DNA of 64,000 nt. Origin: Aulosira sp. ZfuVER01. GTDB lineage: Bacteria; Cyanobacteriota; Cyanobacteriia; Cyanobacteriales; Nostocaceae. Below, piece after piece: positions 23,452 through 35,932 of the stretch. Location of the stretch: contig JAVRCV020000004.1 of NCBI GenBank assembly GCA_034530615.2, positions 130,389 through 194,388 of the forward strand, given 5' to 3'. Below the pieces are notes generated by a model. The model worked only from the letters and a program-made list of their open reading frames with translations, had not been told where the DNA came from and searched no databases. The first letter of the stretch is position 1. Each line of letters opens with the position of its first letter. A program made the translations under genes and the position numbers.

Positions 23452-25155
23452 ATGACATCTACTATTCACGCTTTACCAACAGAAGTCGTATATCTAATTA
23501 CAGCTGGAGAGGTCATCGACTCTTTAGCTTCTGTCGTGCGTGAATTGGCAGAAAATTCCCTTGATGCAGGCGCAACGAGAATTGTAGTTTCACTCTGGCC
23601 GGAGCAGTGGCGTGTTTGCGTAGCAGACAACGGTTGCGGAATGAACCTTGATGACTTGCAAAAAGCCGCAGCAACTCACAGCACCAGTAAGATTTATAGT
23701 TGTGCAGATTTATGGAAAATTAGCAGTTTAGGATTTCGTGGAGAAGCACTGCATAGTTTGACGAATTTGGCAAATTTAGAAATTTTGAGTCGTCCGGCAA
23801 ATGAGAATTTTGGATGGCGGGTGACTTATGGTGATGGTGGGAAAGTTGATCGGGTAGAAATAGCTGCGATCGCTCCTGGTACAGTGGTCACAGTCTCTAA
23901 TTTATTTGCCAATTGTGCAGCACGTCGTCAGGGTTTACCCCCTGTAGCACAGCAAATGAAAGCCGTGCAAGCCACAATTCAACAAATTGCCCTTTGTCAC
24001 CCCCATGTTACTTGGCAAGTTCGGCAAAATGACCGGGAATGGTTCACCATTTATCCAGCTGCATCGATTAAACAATTACTACCGCAATTTCTACCTCAAG
24101 TTAAAGAAGCTGACTTACAGCAAATTCAACTAAAATTACCCAATCCTCCCAACTCAGAACTGACTACTCACGACTCAGCACTGACTTTGGTGGTAGGATT
24201 ACCCGATCGCTGTCATCGTCATCGTCCAGATTGGGTACGTGTAGCAATCAACGGTCGGATGGTTAAAACACCAGAACTTGAGCAAACAATTCTGGCAGCA
24301 TTTCATCGGACATTACCACGCGATCGCTATCCAGTTTGTTTATTACATCTTGTGATTTCTCCCGATCAAATTAACTGGAATCGCAACCCCGCAAAAACAG
24401 AAATTTACCTCAACGAAGTCAGTTATTGGCAAGAACAAGTTACCCAAGGAATTGAGCAAGCACTCCGTATTAGTTCAGCCAATATTAAAGAAGCCGTTCA
24501 TATCACACGTGTAAGTAAATTACTCAAAGCAGCAGAAGCCAAAGGCGGCTACAATTTCAATCCTAAAAATTCCAACGAAGGCGATAACAATCAGCCTTCA
24601 GGACTCAACAATCCTTACTCTTTAAAAGCGGTTGCTCAAGTTAGCAATACTTATATTGTGGTGGAACATCCTGAGGGAATGTGGCTAGTAGAACAGCATA
24701 TCGCCCATGAGCGAGTTTTGTACGAGCAAATATGCGATAACTGGCAACTTATCCCCGTCGAACCTGCAATTATTCTCTATCAATTATCCCCAAAACAAGT
24801 AGCACAATTACAACGCATCGGTTTAGATATAGAAACCTTTGGTGAACAACTTTGGGCAGTCCGGAATATACCTGCAATGTTGCAGCAAAGAGAAGACTGT
24901 GCTGATGCAATTTTAGAACTCAGTTTAGGTGGCGATTTACAAGCAGCGCAAGTAGCAGTTGCTTGTCGCAGTGCCATTCGTAATGGTACACCGATGAGTT
25001 TGCCAGAAATGCAAACACTACTAGATCAATGGCAACGCACTCGTAACCCCCGCACCTGTCCCCACGGAAGACCAATTTATTTATCATTAGAAGAGTCTGC
25101 TTTGGCGCGGTTTTTCCGGCGTAATTGGGTGATTGGCAAGAGTCACGGAATTTGA
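23452..25155 (+). CDS. mutL: DNA mismatch repair endonuclease MutL
   Basis: AGEVID..ELAENSLDAGA, LGFRGEAL, EQHIAHER, ACRSAI, CPHGRP. Confidence 0.97.
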   Translation: MTSTIHALPTEVVYLITAGEVIDSLASVVRELAENSLDAGATRIVVSLWPEQWRVCVADNGCGMNLDDLQKAAATHSTSKIYSCADLWKISSLGFRGEALHSLTNLANLEILSRPANENFGWRVTYGDGGKVDRVEIAAIAPGTVVTVSNLFANCAARRQGLPPVAQQMKAVQATIQQIALCHPHVTWQVRQNDREWFTIYPAASIKQLLPQFLPQVKEADLQQIQLKLPNPPNSELTTHDSALTLVVGLPDRCHRHRPDWVRVAINGRMVKTPELEQTILAAFHRTLPRDRYPVCLLHLVISPDQINWNRNPAKTEIYLNEVSYWQEQVTQGIEQALRISSANIKEAVHITRVSKLLKAAEAKGGYNFNPKNSNEGDNNQPSGLNNPYSLKAVAQVSNTYIVVEHPEGMWLVEQHIAHERVLYEQICDNWQLIPVEPAIILYQLSPKQVAQLQRIGLDIETFGEQLWAVRNIPAMLQQREDCADAILELSLGGDLQAAQVAVACRSAIRNGTPMSLPEMQTLLDQWQRTRNPRTCPHGRPIYLSLEESALARFFRRNWVIGKSHGI

Positions 25156-25655
25156 TTTTTAGTCAAGCTTCTTTGCACTTTTTATAGTTATAGATTGGCG
25201 ATCGCAAGGCAAAAATAATTAATAGAAATCAGGGTATAAAAATTACTATTAATGGGCTTATATAGATTGTTTATATAAGCTCAAGTATTGTTAGTGAATG
25301 AGTTTAACTATGTAAAGTGCTTGAGCTACTTACGTAGATACGTGTGTAAACATAGTTGTAATTATTGGATCGCCACAAAGAAAATTAGTTAAGTTAGTGC
25401 GATATTCGGTCTATAAGCGAGAGTTATGAGGAGAATCAATGAATAGTGAAAAAACGCAAAGTTGAAGTACATTTTTTACCAGCCGATTGATAACAGCGTA
25501 GCTTAACAATCCTTTGTGACAGATTGCTGAAACCACCAGTGAAGTTGTAAAGCGGACAAAACTGTGGCACAAAAAGTTGCTACTGCGATCGCATCCCAAA
25601 ACTATGAGGCAGGTGATTTCAGCATGAGAATTTTCTGAAACCACCTGTTATTGAT

Positions 25656-26756
25656 TTAAAATCCTACTTCTTGGAAAGAACAAGCGATCGCTAATTCAGC
25701 GTGTTCTTTGAGCGTATCTCGATCGAGAGTATGAACGAGATACTGGGGAGTAACAGCCAGTAGTTTATCGATTCTGTTCCTAGCTGCTGCTACTACTGAT
25801 TCATCAAGACTACCGTTACTCAGAGAATCCGCAAAATCTTTGGCAATGTGATAGGTACGTTCCAGAGATGATGAATTAATGTTACGCGAGACAATAAATA
25901 AATCGCAGCCAGCATGAATTGCCCGCGCCACAGTCCCTTTTTGAGTAAACATGTCTGAGACTGCTTTCATATCTAAGTCATCAGATACAACTATGCCCTG
26001 AAAACCCAATTCTTCCCGTAATATACCGTTGAGAATGCCTTGAGAAAGCGTTGCTGGCACATCGGGGTCTATTTTGGGAAACAGGATATGGGCTGTCATA
26101 ATCAAAGGCACCTGTTCCTCAATTAAAGCTTTGAAGGGTATAAGTTCTCGATTTCGCAGGTCTTCTTTAGTCAGATGCAGTACTGGTAATTCTAGATGAG
26201 AGTCCTGGCTAGTATCACCATGACCAGGGAAGTGCTTGGCACAACCGAGAATTCCTGATTCCTGAAGTCCCAGGTAGTATTCCCGCACTACTTTAGCTGC
26301 CGTTTCGGGAGTCGTACCAAAGGCGCGAGGGCCAATTACCGGATTGTGAGGATTGGAATAAATATCTGCTACAGGTGCCCAGGATATATTAATGCCCAGA
26401 GATTTGAGTTCTACGGCTGTGGCTTTTGCTACCTGACGCGATCGCGATTGCAACAGCAAGGCATAAGGAAAACGGGTAATTGGCACAGGTGTACGCACCA
26501 CCCGACCGCCTTCATGGTCTAGGGTAAAAAACATGGAATCGCGTTCGGCGTATTGTCGTACCTGATCGATCAACTCCCTATAAGTTTGCAACCAAATTTC
26601 ATAGGCAGCGCCATCTAGAAAGTTTTTAGCAAAAAATATTACCCCAACCGGTTGCAATTCACTCAGCGCGCGTTTATCGTCATCACTTAATGTCGTTCCG
26701 GAGACACCGAGAATTAAATGATGCCCAAAGCCCTGAAGATTCTGCGTTACTGACAT
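25656..26756 (-). CDS. nagZ: beta-N-acetylhexosaminidase (GH3)
   Basis: DHEGGRVVR, APVADI, KHFPGHG..DSH, SDDLDM. Confidence 0.9.
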   Translation of the reverse strand: MSVTQNLQGFGHHLILGVSGTTLSDDDKRALSELQPVGVIFFAKNFLDGAAYEIWLQTYRELIDQVRQYAERDSMFFTLDHEGGRVVRTPVPITRFPYALLLQSRSRQVAKATAVELKSLGINISWAPVADIYSNPHNPVIGPRAFGTTPETAAKVVREYYLGLQESGILGCAKHFPGHGDTSQDSHLELPVLHLTKEDLRNRELIPFKALIEEQVPLIMTAHILFPKIDPDVPATLSQGILNGILREELGFQGIVVSDDLDMKAVSDMFTQKGTVARAIHAGCDLFIVSRNINSSSLERTYHIAKDFADSLSNGSLDESVVAAARNRIDKLLAVTPQYLVHTLDRDTLKEHAELAIACSFQEVGF

Positions 26757-26889
26757 AACGTTTTACCTGTGGCTATTTATTTAATAGCATTTCATTTCTG
26801 ATAACAGAGGTATGGTAATTGCTAGTAGCTATTTATGCAATCAGCTATTAGCAATCAGCCATAAGTAATTAGCAATAACCAAAACTCGA

Positions 26890-28125
26890 TCAAAAGTCAG
26901 ATACTAATGCAAGTTGCCTGACAGGCTTGGATTTTCTGGTTTTGAGGTTAGAAGCTTTTAAGGTCATTTTGGGTTGATTACTTTGCAAAATTACTGCTTC
27001 ATAGGGCACTACTCCAGCAATTTCGCTGTTGAGACAACGTGCTGCTGCCACTGATAGATCTAAGCTGCGGGGTTGAATATAAGGGCCGCGATCGTTGACT
27101 CGCACAATTACAGCTTTTTTTGTTTTTAAATTTGTCACCTGCAAATATGTATTAAAGGGCAGGGACTTATGGGCTACAGTCAATTCATTTTGGTTGTATA
27201 TCTCGCCGTTTGCTGTTAAACGACCATGAAAATAGCCTCCATACCAAGAAGCTAACCCAGATATTTTTTTCGCAGAAGGGGTGACACCATACATTTCCCT
27301 CTGTCCTTCCACTAGTGTCAGCTTTGGTGCTTTGAAAGCGGAACGCAGATTATTAATCCACTCAATTGCTAACAGGTCGCCACTGCGATGGAACCTTCGA
27401 GAAATTTGTTTTTCAATCCCCCATAAAAAGCGATTACCTGCCATTAATGCAGGTATACCATCCACTAAAGCAGGCCGTAATTGATGAGCATCTAAGTTAG
27501 GTGACTTAACTAGAGGCATTAAGCGTTGTTGCATTGACTTTGCAGCAGTTTCTGTGGGCAAAGTTGCAACTATACGGTTATTGACCCAGACTTCATACTT
27601 CTGTTTGTCTCGATGAACTACCAATACTGGTAAGGAAGCAGACATAAAATTCTGCTCAACAGGATTAGCAAAGCTGAAGAAATCTTGCAGCGATCGCAGG
27701 ATTTTATTCTGTAAAAAATCTTGGGTTAAAGAACCAGAGTTAATTATTGTTCCAGAAGACAAACTGCTAGATGCTTGGAAAATAGCCTGTTTTGATGCTA
27801 TCTCTTGCCCAGAACTACAAAGCTGTTTTTGGCTATTTTTAGCTGCTGTTTTCTTAGCTGTCAGCGGTTGCTCGAAATTTGCTTTGGTTTCACGATTGCC
27901 CCAATCTATTCTTAAAAATCTTGTAGGTAGCAACGTCGTGCTCCAAACATTTATCGGCTGCTTCGGTCGCACAAACAATGGGCGATGCTTACTTACAAAT
28001 TTTCCAAAATTGGCTGAAACTTTTGTTGGTAATACATTTGGTGTATAACTTGGCGGTAGGTTTTTGCTAAATGACAAACAAGAACCAATCCAAGATGTCA
28101 TCCAAAGGAATTCAATCAATATCAT
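26890..28125 (-). CDS. rlpA: septal ring lytic transglycosylase RlpA-family protein
   Basis: C-terminal ASWYG..GRLTANGE, AHKSLPFNT, VRVNDRGPY, LDLS. Confidence 0.88.
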   Translation of the reverse strand: MILIEFLWMTSWIGSCLSFSKNLPPSYTPNVLPTKVSANFGKFVSKHRPLFVRPKQPINVWSTTLLPTRFLRIDWGNRETKANFEQPLTAKKTAAKNSQKQLCSSGQEIASKQAIFQASSSLSSGTIINSGSLTQDFLQNKILRSLQDFFSFANPVEQNFMSASLPVLVVHRDKQKYEVWVNNRIVATLPTETAAKSMQQRLMPLVKSPNLDAHQLRPALVDGIPALMAGNRFLWGIEKQISRRFHRSGDLLAIEWINNLRSAFKAPKLTLVEGQREMYGVTPSAKKISGLASWYGGYFHGRLTANGEIYNQNELTVAHKSLPFNTYLQVTNLKTKKAVIVRVNDRGPYIQPRSLDLSVAAARCLNSEIAGVVPYEAVILQSNQPKMTLKASNLKTRKSKPVRQLALVSDF

Positions 28126-28802
28126 GTCGATTTAATGTCCAAGTAACTGCACAATTCAACAGTGCAACCCTGGTTTTGCTAAACAACATTTTTTGGCTAC
28201 GAAATTAAAATTTTATTCTTTGAAACAGAAAAAAAACCTCATAATTTGTTGCAAAATACTGAGCGATCCCCAGCAGGGATCATCATATCTTGTTGTCTGC
28301 AAATAAACAAATAAAACTTTTAGATATTGTTTTGAATTATTAGTCTGTTTTAAATTTAAATTTTTTATATTTCACTTTTATGCCACATAAAAAACTGCAC
28401 AATCATTTATTTAACAACGATAAATATACTTAAATTTATGCAAGTAAAGTAATAATTTTAACAATTAATATTTATTTGTCAAAATAAAATATACCTATTT
28501 TTAAGTGGCTAGCAATCTTCACTAATTGCGAAATCTGGCGTGAAAACTAATTCAGGTAGATTGGTAAAAAATCAACTATCAGCGACGATCAAATCGCTAA
28601 AGTCTGGTTGCAGAAAATCAATTAGCTCAAACTAAACACGAGTTAAGCAACTGGCACACATAATCTTTGGTGATGAAGGTCAAGAGGAGCCAGTGCATTG
28701 AGAGGGTTCCTTTTGACTCTGGATAACTTCTGCGAAAAAATCAGGCACTGGTTTAAGTCCTAAATAAAACTTTTTTGGGAAGCGATCGCACAAAAACTGC
28801 TA

Positions 28803-28827
28803 AATGTAACAGATTGCAACGTATAAT
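28803..28827 (+). promoter_or_regulatory. pds promoter with HLR1-like (RpaB) direct repeat abutting a TATAAT -10 box
   Basis: reverse strand GTTGCAAT-CT-GTTACATT (28803-28820); TATAAT at 28822-28827. Confidence 0.5.
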
Positions 28828-28873
28828 GAGAACGGCAAAACGATTAAGAAATATTGAAAAGCAGTAGGGTTAA

Positions 28874-31229
<2,356 letters not shown>

Positions 31230-31312
31230 GTCAAGGGTCAAGAGTCAAAAGTTAATAGGCATAGGCAATAGTCTTAGAACTTTTGCCCAATGCCCAATGC
31301 CCAATAAAATGT

Positions 31313-31341
31313 TTGACTTCTCTGAATCTATCTGCTACAAT
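31313..31341 (+). promoter_or_regulatory. sigma70-type promoter of tRNA-Ser
   Basis: TTGACT-17 nt-TACAAT. Confidence 0.7.
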
Positions 31342-31357
31342 CAATATTCGTGACCGA

Positions 31358-31449
31358 GGAGAGGTGGCTGAGTGGTCGAAAGCGGCAGATTGCTAATCTG
31401 TTGTACGGCAGGCAACTCCGTACCGAGGGTTCGAATCCCTCCCTCTCCG
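31358..31449 (+). tRNA. trnS: tRNA-Ser (anticodon GCT)
   Basis: GGAGAGG/CCTCTCC acceptor stem, anticodon arm GCAGA-TTGCTAA-TCTGT, long variable arm, GGTTCGAATCC; CCA not encoded. Confidence 0.97.
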
Positions 31450-31641
31450 TTTTCAAAGCTTTAAATTATTAAAGAATATTACATTTTTAGGTTTGAGTAT
31501 TTACCGCTAAATAAATACTTCTATATCTTCAGGAGGATGATATTATTTATCCTTTGGAGTCTGTTAAGATCGGCCTAACCTGAAAATATAGTTAGAATCC
31601 TACTTTCAGGCTCCTAAAGACTAGAGGAGTGAAAGTAATTT

Positions 31642-32967
31642 ATGCACAGAATTAGTACAGCCTTAGCCCTGAGTGTCGCTACCTTAGCAACAGGGTTTTT
31701 TTTAGGGGCTTGTAATGATACCGCCACTAACCCAAATAACACAGGTAACGCTCAAAGTTCTGCCACACCAGCAGCCAACTCAACTACTACAACTAGCACT
31801 AAAGGGTTGAAAATTGGCTCCTTGCTACCAACAACTGGGGACTTGGCATCTATCGGGCAACAGATGGTGGGTTCAGTACCCTTACTCGTTGAGACAGTTA
31901 ATGCTTGCGGTGGCGTTAACGGTGAACCTGTTACCTTAGTACCAGTAGACGACCAAACAGATCCCAAAGCAGGTGCAGCTGGTATAACCAAACTAGCAAC
32001 CTTAGATAAGGTTGCTGGTGTAGTGGGTTCCTTTGCCAGTAGCGTTTCCACTGCGGCTATCTCAGTTGCGACACCGAATAAAGTGATGCTCGTTTCCCCC
32101 GGTAGCACGAGTCCTGTATTTACTGAAAAGGCTCAAAAAGGTGACTATAAAGGTTTTTGGGCGCGTACTGCTCCCCCAGATACTTACCAAGCACTAGCTT
32201 TAGCCCAACTGGCAAAGAAAAAAGGATTTAAGCGAGTTTCTACAGTTGTTATTAATAACGACTACGGCGTTGGTTTTGAAAAAGCATTTGTACAAACTTT
32301 TGAAAAGTTAGGTGGAACTGTAGTTAATAAAGAAAAACCTGTGCGCTACGACCCCAAAGCTCAAACATTTGACACCGAAGCGGCGGCGGCTTTTGCTGGT
32401 AAACCAGATGCAGTGTTGGCGGTACTTTATGCCGAGACAGGTAGTTTGTTTCTCAAAGCTGCTTACCAACAAGGCTTGACTAATGGAGTGCAAATTCTGC
32501 TGACCGATGGCGTGAAAGCGCCTACTTTCCCAGAACAAGTCGGCAAAGGTAGTGACGGTAAATATATTTTAACTGGCGCGATCGGTACAGTACCCGGTTC
32601 TGATGGAAAAGCATTAGAAGCTTTCAACAAACTCTGGAAAGAGAAAAAAGGTGGTTCCCCAGGAGAATATGCTCCTCAAGCTTGGGATGCGGCCGCATTG
32701 TTGGTATTAGCTGCACAAGCTGCTAAAGAAAACACAGGCGTTGGCATCGCTAGTAAAATTCGAGAAGTGTCTGCTGGGCCAGGTACAGAAGTTACCGATG
32801 TTTGCGAGGGGCTGAAACTACTGAAAGAAGGTAAAAAAATCAACTACCAAGGAGCCAGTGGTAACGTAGATGTAGACGCTAATGGCGATGTTGTTGGTGT
32901 CTACGATGTTTGGACTGTTGGCGATGATGGCAAAATCAAGGTGATTGACAAAGTTAGTCCTAAATAG
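31642..32967 (+). CDS. natB: neutral/branched-chain amino acid ABC transporter substrate-binding lipoprotein
   Basis: lipobox FLGAC; LLPTTGDLA, DDQTDP, RTAPPD, YQGASG; follows pds-crtB as recalled for Anabaena. Confidence 0.85.
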   Translation: MHRISTALALSVATLATGFFLGACNDTATNPNNTGNAQSSATPAANSTTTTSTKGLKIGSLLPTTGDLASIGQQMVGSVPLLVETVNACGGVNGEPVTLVPVDDQTDPKAGAAGITKLATLDKVAGVVGSFASSVSTAAISVATPNKVMLVSPGSTSPVFTEKAQKGDYKGFWARTAPPDTYQALALAQLAKKKGFKRVSTVVINNDYGVGFEKAFVQTFEKLGGTVVNKEKPVRYDPKAQTFDTEAAAAFAGKPDAVLAVLYAETGSLFLKAAYQQGLTNGVQILLTDGVKAPTFPEQVGKGSDGKYILTGAIGTVPGSDGKALEAFNKLWKEKKGGSPGEYAPQAWDAAALLVLAAQAAKENTGVGIASKIREVSAGPGTEVTDVCEGLKLLKEGKKINYQGASGNVDVDANGDVVGVYDVWTVGDDGKIKVIDKVSPK

Positions 32968-32995
32968 AGGTAAGGAAAACCTTTTAGCAAAATAA

Positions 32996-33038
32996 AACCA
33001 CAGATGAACACAGATTTCATGGGTGTTTATCTGTGGTT
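32996..33038. repeat. inverted pair of 10-bp-unit repeats, probable terminator
   Basis: AACCACAGATGAACAC..GTGTTTATCTGTGGTT. Confidence 0.7.
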
Positions 33039-33123
33039 GAAAATCACAAACCAGAATTTGTACAAAATGTCGGATAAGTGCTGAGAGAAAAATACTTACT
33101 ATTCAGCACCTATTCCTATGCTT

Positions 33124-33930
33124 TTAGAAACCCATGAAGTTATAACCAACTCCGATCAACAAACCTATATCGGTATTGTTAAAGAAGCCAGCATTGACGG
33201 CAGCTGTGGCTGTAAATTGAGAAGTCAGTGGGAAATCAACACCAGCAGTTGCTAAAAAGGCAGCTTCAGAATTATCGCCAGTTTTAAAAGCTGCACCTGC
33301 GCCAATGTAGGGTGCAATTGGTAACGGTTCGCTAAATGGGTCAGCTACCTGTTGGAAGTTAAAGTCATAGGTGAGGGGCACTAAAATCGTGGTATTGTCA
33401 CCTAATATTACTGATGGTCGCACTGAGAAAGTATTTGTCAGCCCTACTTTACTAATGACTGTAAAGTTACCATCACCCAAGGCTGAGTCATTACCACTCA
33501 AACCAATGTTGCCAGCAACACCAATATAGCTTCTGCCACCACGGGTAGGTCTACCTGGATCGATATCCGCTTGCGCCACTGTGGTAGCAGATGGTTGTGA
33601 AGTAGATTCTGGGTTTTGAGTTACAAACCCAACAGCTGAGGTAACTGCTGTACCGGGAACAGGTGTAACTATACGAGTAGCGGTAGCAGCGTTAGGGAAC
33701 TGCTGCTTCAGTGCCAAATTCTCAGTTTCACTAGGGAGTTTTTGGCTTGTTGCCTCGACTTCAGTAGCTAATTGCTGGGGAGACTCTACAGTTGCGCTAG
33801 ACTCGCTTAACTGCTGACTGCTTGAGGTATCTACTGTTTGGGCTAAGGTAGGCAAGCTACTACCTAAAATTGCTAGAGTTGCTAAACTGGGCAGCCAAAA
33901 AACAGTTTTACGAAGAAAAATAGTATTCAC
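33124..33930 (-). CDS. exported protein with outer-membrane beta-barrel C-terminus
   Basis: signal peptide, S/T/Q-rich linker, SYIGVAGNIG..APYIGAG..GVGYNF; start uncertain (GTG 33930/33936). Confidence 0.78.
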   Translation of the reverse strand: MNTIFLRKTVFWLPSLATLAILGSSLPTLAQTVDTSSSQQLSESSATVESPQQLATEVEATSQKLPSETENLALKQQFPNAATATRIVTPVPGTAVTSAVGFVTQNPESTSQPSATTVAQADIDPGRPTRGGRSYIGVAGNIGLSGNDSALGDGNFTVISKVGLTNTFSVRPSVILGDNTTILVPLTYDFNFQQVADPFSEPLPIAPYIGAGAAFKTGDNSEAAFLATAGVDFPLTSQFTATAAVNAGFFNNTDIGLLIGVGYNFMGF

Positions 33931-34206
33931 ATTCACTCCTGACAGAATATTGCCACACATAAATAAAGGTTTTTTGTGTTGACTCAAGAAACCTTAGCAA
34001 TATTCAACCATTTAACACGAAAAAATTGATTCTTACATCCTGTATTTGACGGAATTAGTTAGGATGTGAGCCTCAAGAGTAGTGCAAAAATCAACTTCTG
34101 AATGCAACTCAATAAACGCTGGTTATAAATGCTTATAGTTTTGAAATTAGCTGCAATTAAAAACTCACTGCGCTGCGTAGAATTTCGCGCAGCGCAATGA
34201 GAGTCA

Positions 34207-35148
34207 CTATTGCCAACTGCTGACGGCTTCGGTAATTAGCTTGGAGATAAAAGGTAAAATAGCTCGGTTTTTAGCGTTGGCTTTGCCTTCAGTAAATACT
34301 ACTAACAGGTAAGGATGGCGATCGCGGATTTCAATGTATGCTGCATCATGGCGTACTTGACTTGTCCAACCAGCTTTTGACCAAAGTTGGGCATCTTGGG
34401 GAAGTCCACCACCCAGAAAACCTGTTACTTGGTCTTCTTCAACATCGGTAGGTAAATCATCTGGCTTGAGACTACGTTTGAGCAAAGCCATCATCTGTTG
34501 CGATCGCGCACTGGAAACTGCCACTCCCCCGACAATACTATGTAGCAATCGGGCGATCGCATTTGTTGCCAGCATATTGCGATTTTCTAGCATTTCCCCG
34601 TAAAATGCTCTCTCCCTGCCGTAGGGACCATCTCCCCACGTTTTTTGGCAGACGTTAATCGTCTCCATTTCTTCCCAACCTAAAGACTGAAAATAGCGGT
34701 TGACAAAATTACGCTGGGATTTCCAAGTTTCAAAGGGGCCAGGGGGTAATTCTGGGCCGGAAGTTGTGCCAGTCAGCACATCAACAACCAAGCTGGTAGC
34801 ATCGTTGCTAGAGTCCACAATCATATCGCGGATGGCTCTTTCCAAATCTTTGGAAGTTTGTACCATTCCTTTCTCTAGCCATTCGTGGATTGCTACCAGG
34901 TAAAATAACTTCACGACACTCGCTGGGTAAATCCTCTCCACACCGCGATAAGTAAAACCACGTACTGAATGGTTCCAAAAGGCATCTGGAGTTAATGCTC
35001 CACCAGTATTTACTAGTACAGGTGGATCGTAGACAATCCAAGTCAGAGCAATTTGGTTCCGCGCTAACGTCGGAAATGCTGCCCAAGTTGCTTCTAAAAT
35101 GCTTAACCCTAAATTGTCGAGTTGTTCGTCTTTTCGGAAGAAAATCAT
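34207..35148 (-). CDS. class A beta-lactamase-like serine hydrolase
   Basis: ASVVK (SxxK), SSNDA (SxN), SKAG (KTG-like), RHDAA. Confidence 0.88.
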   Translation of the reverse strand: MIFFRKDEQLDNLGLSILEATWAAFPTLARNQIALTWIVYDPPVLVNTGGALTPDAFWNHSVRGFTYRGVERIYPASVVKLFYLVAIHEWLEKGMVQTSKDLERAIRDMIVDSSNDATSLVVDVLTGTTSGPELPPGPFETWKSQRNFVNRYFQSLGWEEMETINVCQKTWGDGPYGRERAFYGEMLENRNMLATNAIARLLHSIVGGVAVSSARSQQMMALLKRSLKPDDLPTDVEEDQVTGFLGGGLPQDAQLWSKAGWTSQVRHDAAYIEIRDRHPYLLVVFTEGKANAKNRAILPFISKLITEAVSSWQ

Positions 35149-35170
35149 ATTTAGTTATTAACCTTGCAGA

Positions 35171-35878
35171 ATGCTCTCTAATCCAAAATCCATCATCCAA
35201 AATCTCTCAGCGGCTGAGTACAATTGTCTCGCTGACCTAAACTTATATGATTCTCCTGAATGTACGCGCCTAGCAACTCAAGCCGCTTCTGGGCGACATC
35301 TGCGGGTAACATCAAATCATCAGGATGCAGCTGTTGAGGTGTATTTGTGTGAAGATGACTATCCCGGGTGGGTGTCTCTTGCTGATGTGGGTTTATTACA
35401 AAGAGCTACTTTACCCTATCGGGCGACAATATTTTCTGAATCTGAGATTAAAAAACTGCTACCAGAGGCGATCGCTTTTACTCACCAAGCAATGCAACAA
35501 TCAAATTATTACCTTTGGGGTGGTACAGTGGGCCCAAATTACGATTGTTCGGGGTTAATGCAAGCGGCTTTTGTTTCAGTAGGTATTTGGTTGCCAAGAG
35601 ATGCCTATCAACAAGAAGCTTTTACCCAACCAATTACTATTGCAGAATTAGAGCCAGGAGATTTGATATTTTTTGGCACTCCCCAAAAAGCAACTCATGT
35701 CGGACTCTATTTGGGAGATGGTTGCTATATCCATAGTTCGGGGAAAGACAAGGGACGAAATGGAATTGGGATTGACAGGCTATCGGAACAGGGAGATGAG
35801 GTTAGTCGGTCATATTATCAGCAGCTGCGCGGTGCTGGCAGAGTTATCAAGAGTTACGAAACACAGAGAGAAGTCTGA
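35171..35878 (+). CDS. SH3b + NlpC/P60 (C40) peptidoglycan peptidase
   Basis: EDDYPGWV; YLWGG, YDCSG, LPRDAYQQ, THVGLY, YIHS. Confidence 0.92.
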   Translation: MLSNPKSIIQNLSAAEYNCLADLNLYDSPECTRLATQAASGRHLRVTSNHQDAAVEVYLCEDDYPGWVSLADVGLLQRATLPYRATIFSESEIKKLLPEAIAFTHQAMQQSNYYLWGGTVGPNYDCSGLMQAAFVSVGIWLPRDAYQQEAFTQPITIAELEPGDLIFFGTPQKATHVGLYLGDGCYIHSSGKDKGRNGIGIDRLSEQGDEVSRSYYQQLRGAGRVIKSYETQREV

Positions 35879-35905
35879 GCGGCGGAAGCCGCCGCTCAGA
35901 ACTTC
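35870..35905. repeat. GC-rich palindromic small element
   Basis: TCTGAGCGGCGG-AAG-CCGCCGCTCAGA perfect 12-bp stem that contains the stop codon of the NlpC/P60 gene. Confidence 0.7.
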
Positions 35906-35932
35906 GGTAAAACGCTGAGGACGCAAAGGAAT

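Noticed and set aside
25411..25644. 77-aa minus ORF and an 8-codon plus ORF with AGGAG RBS near 25439
   Set aside because: No recognisable motif; the region also holds a likely nagZ terminator hairpin; support is insufficient
34207..35148. Acquired antibiotic-resistance beta-lactamase
   Set aside because: No signal peptide or mobile context; HIP1-rich native cyanobacterial serine hydrolase
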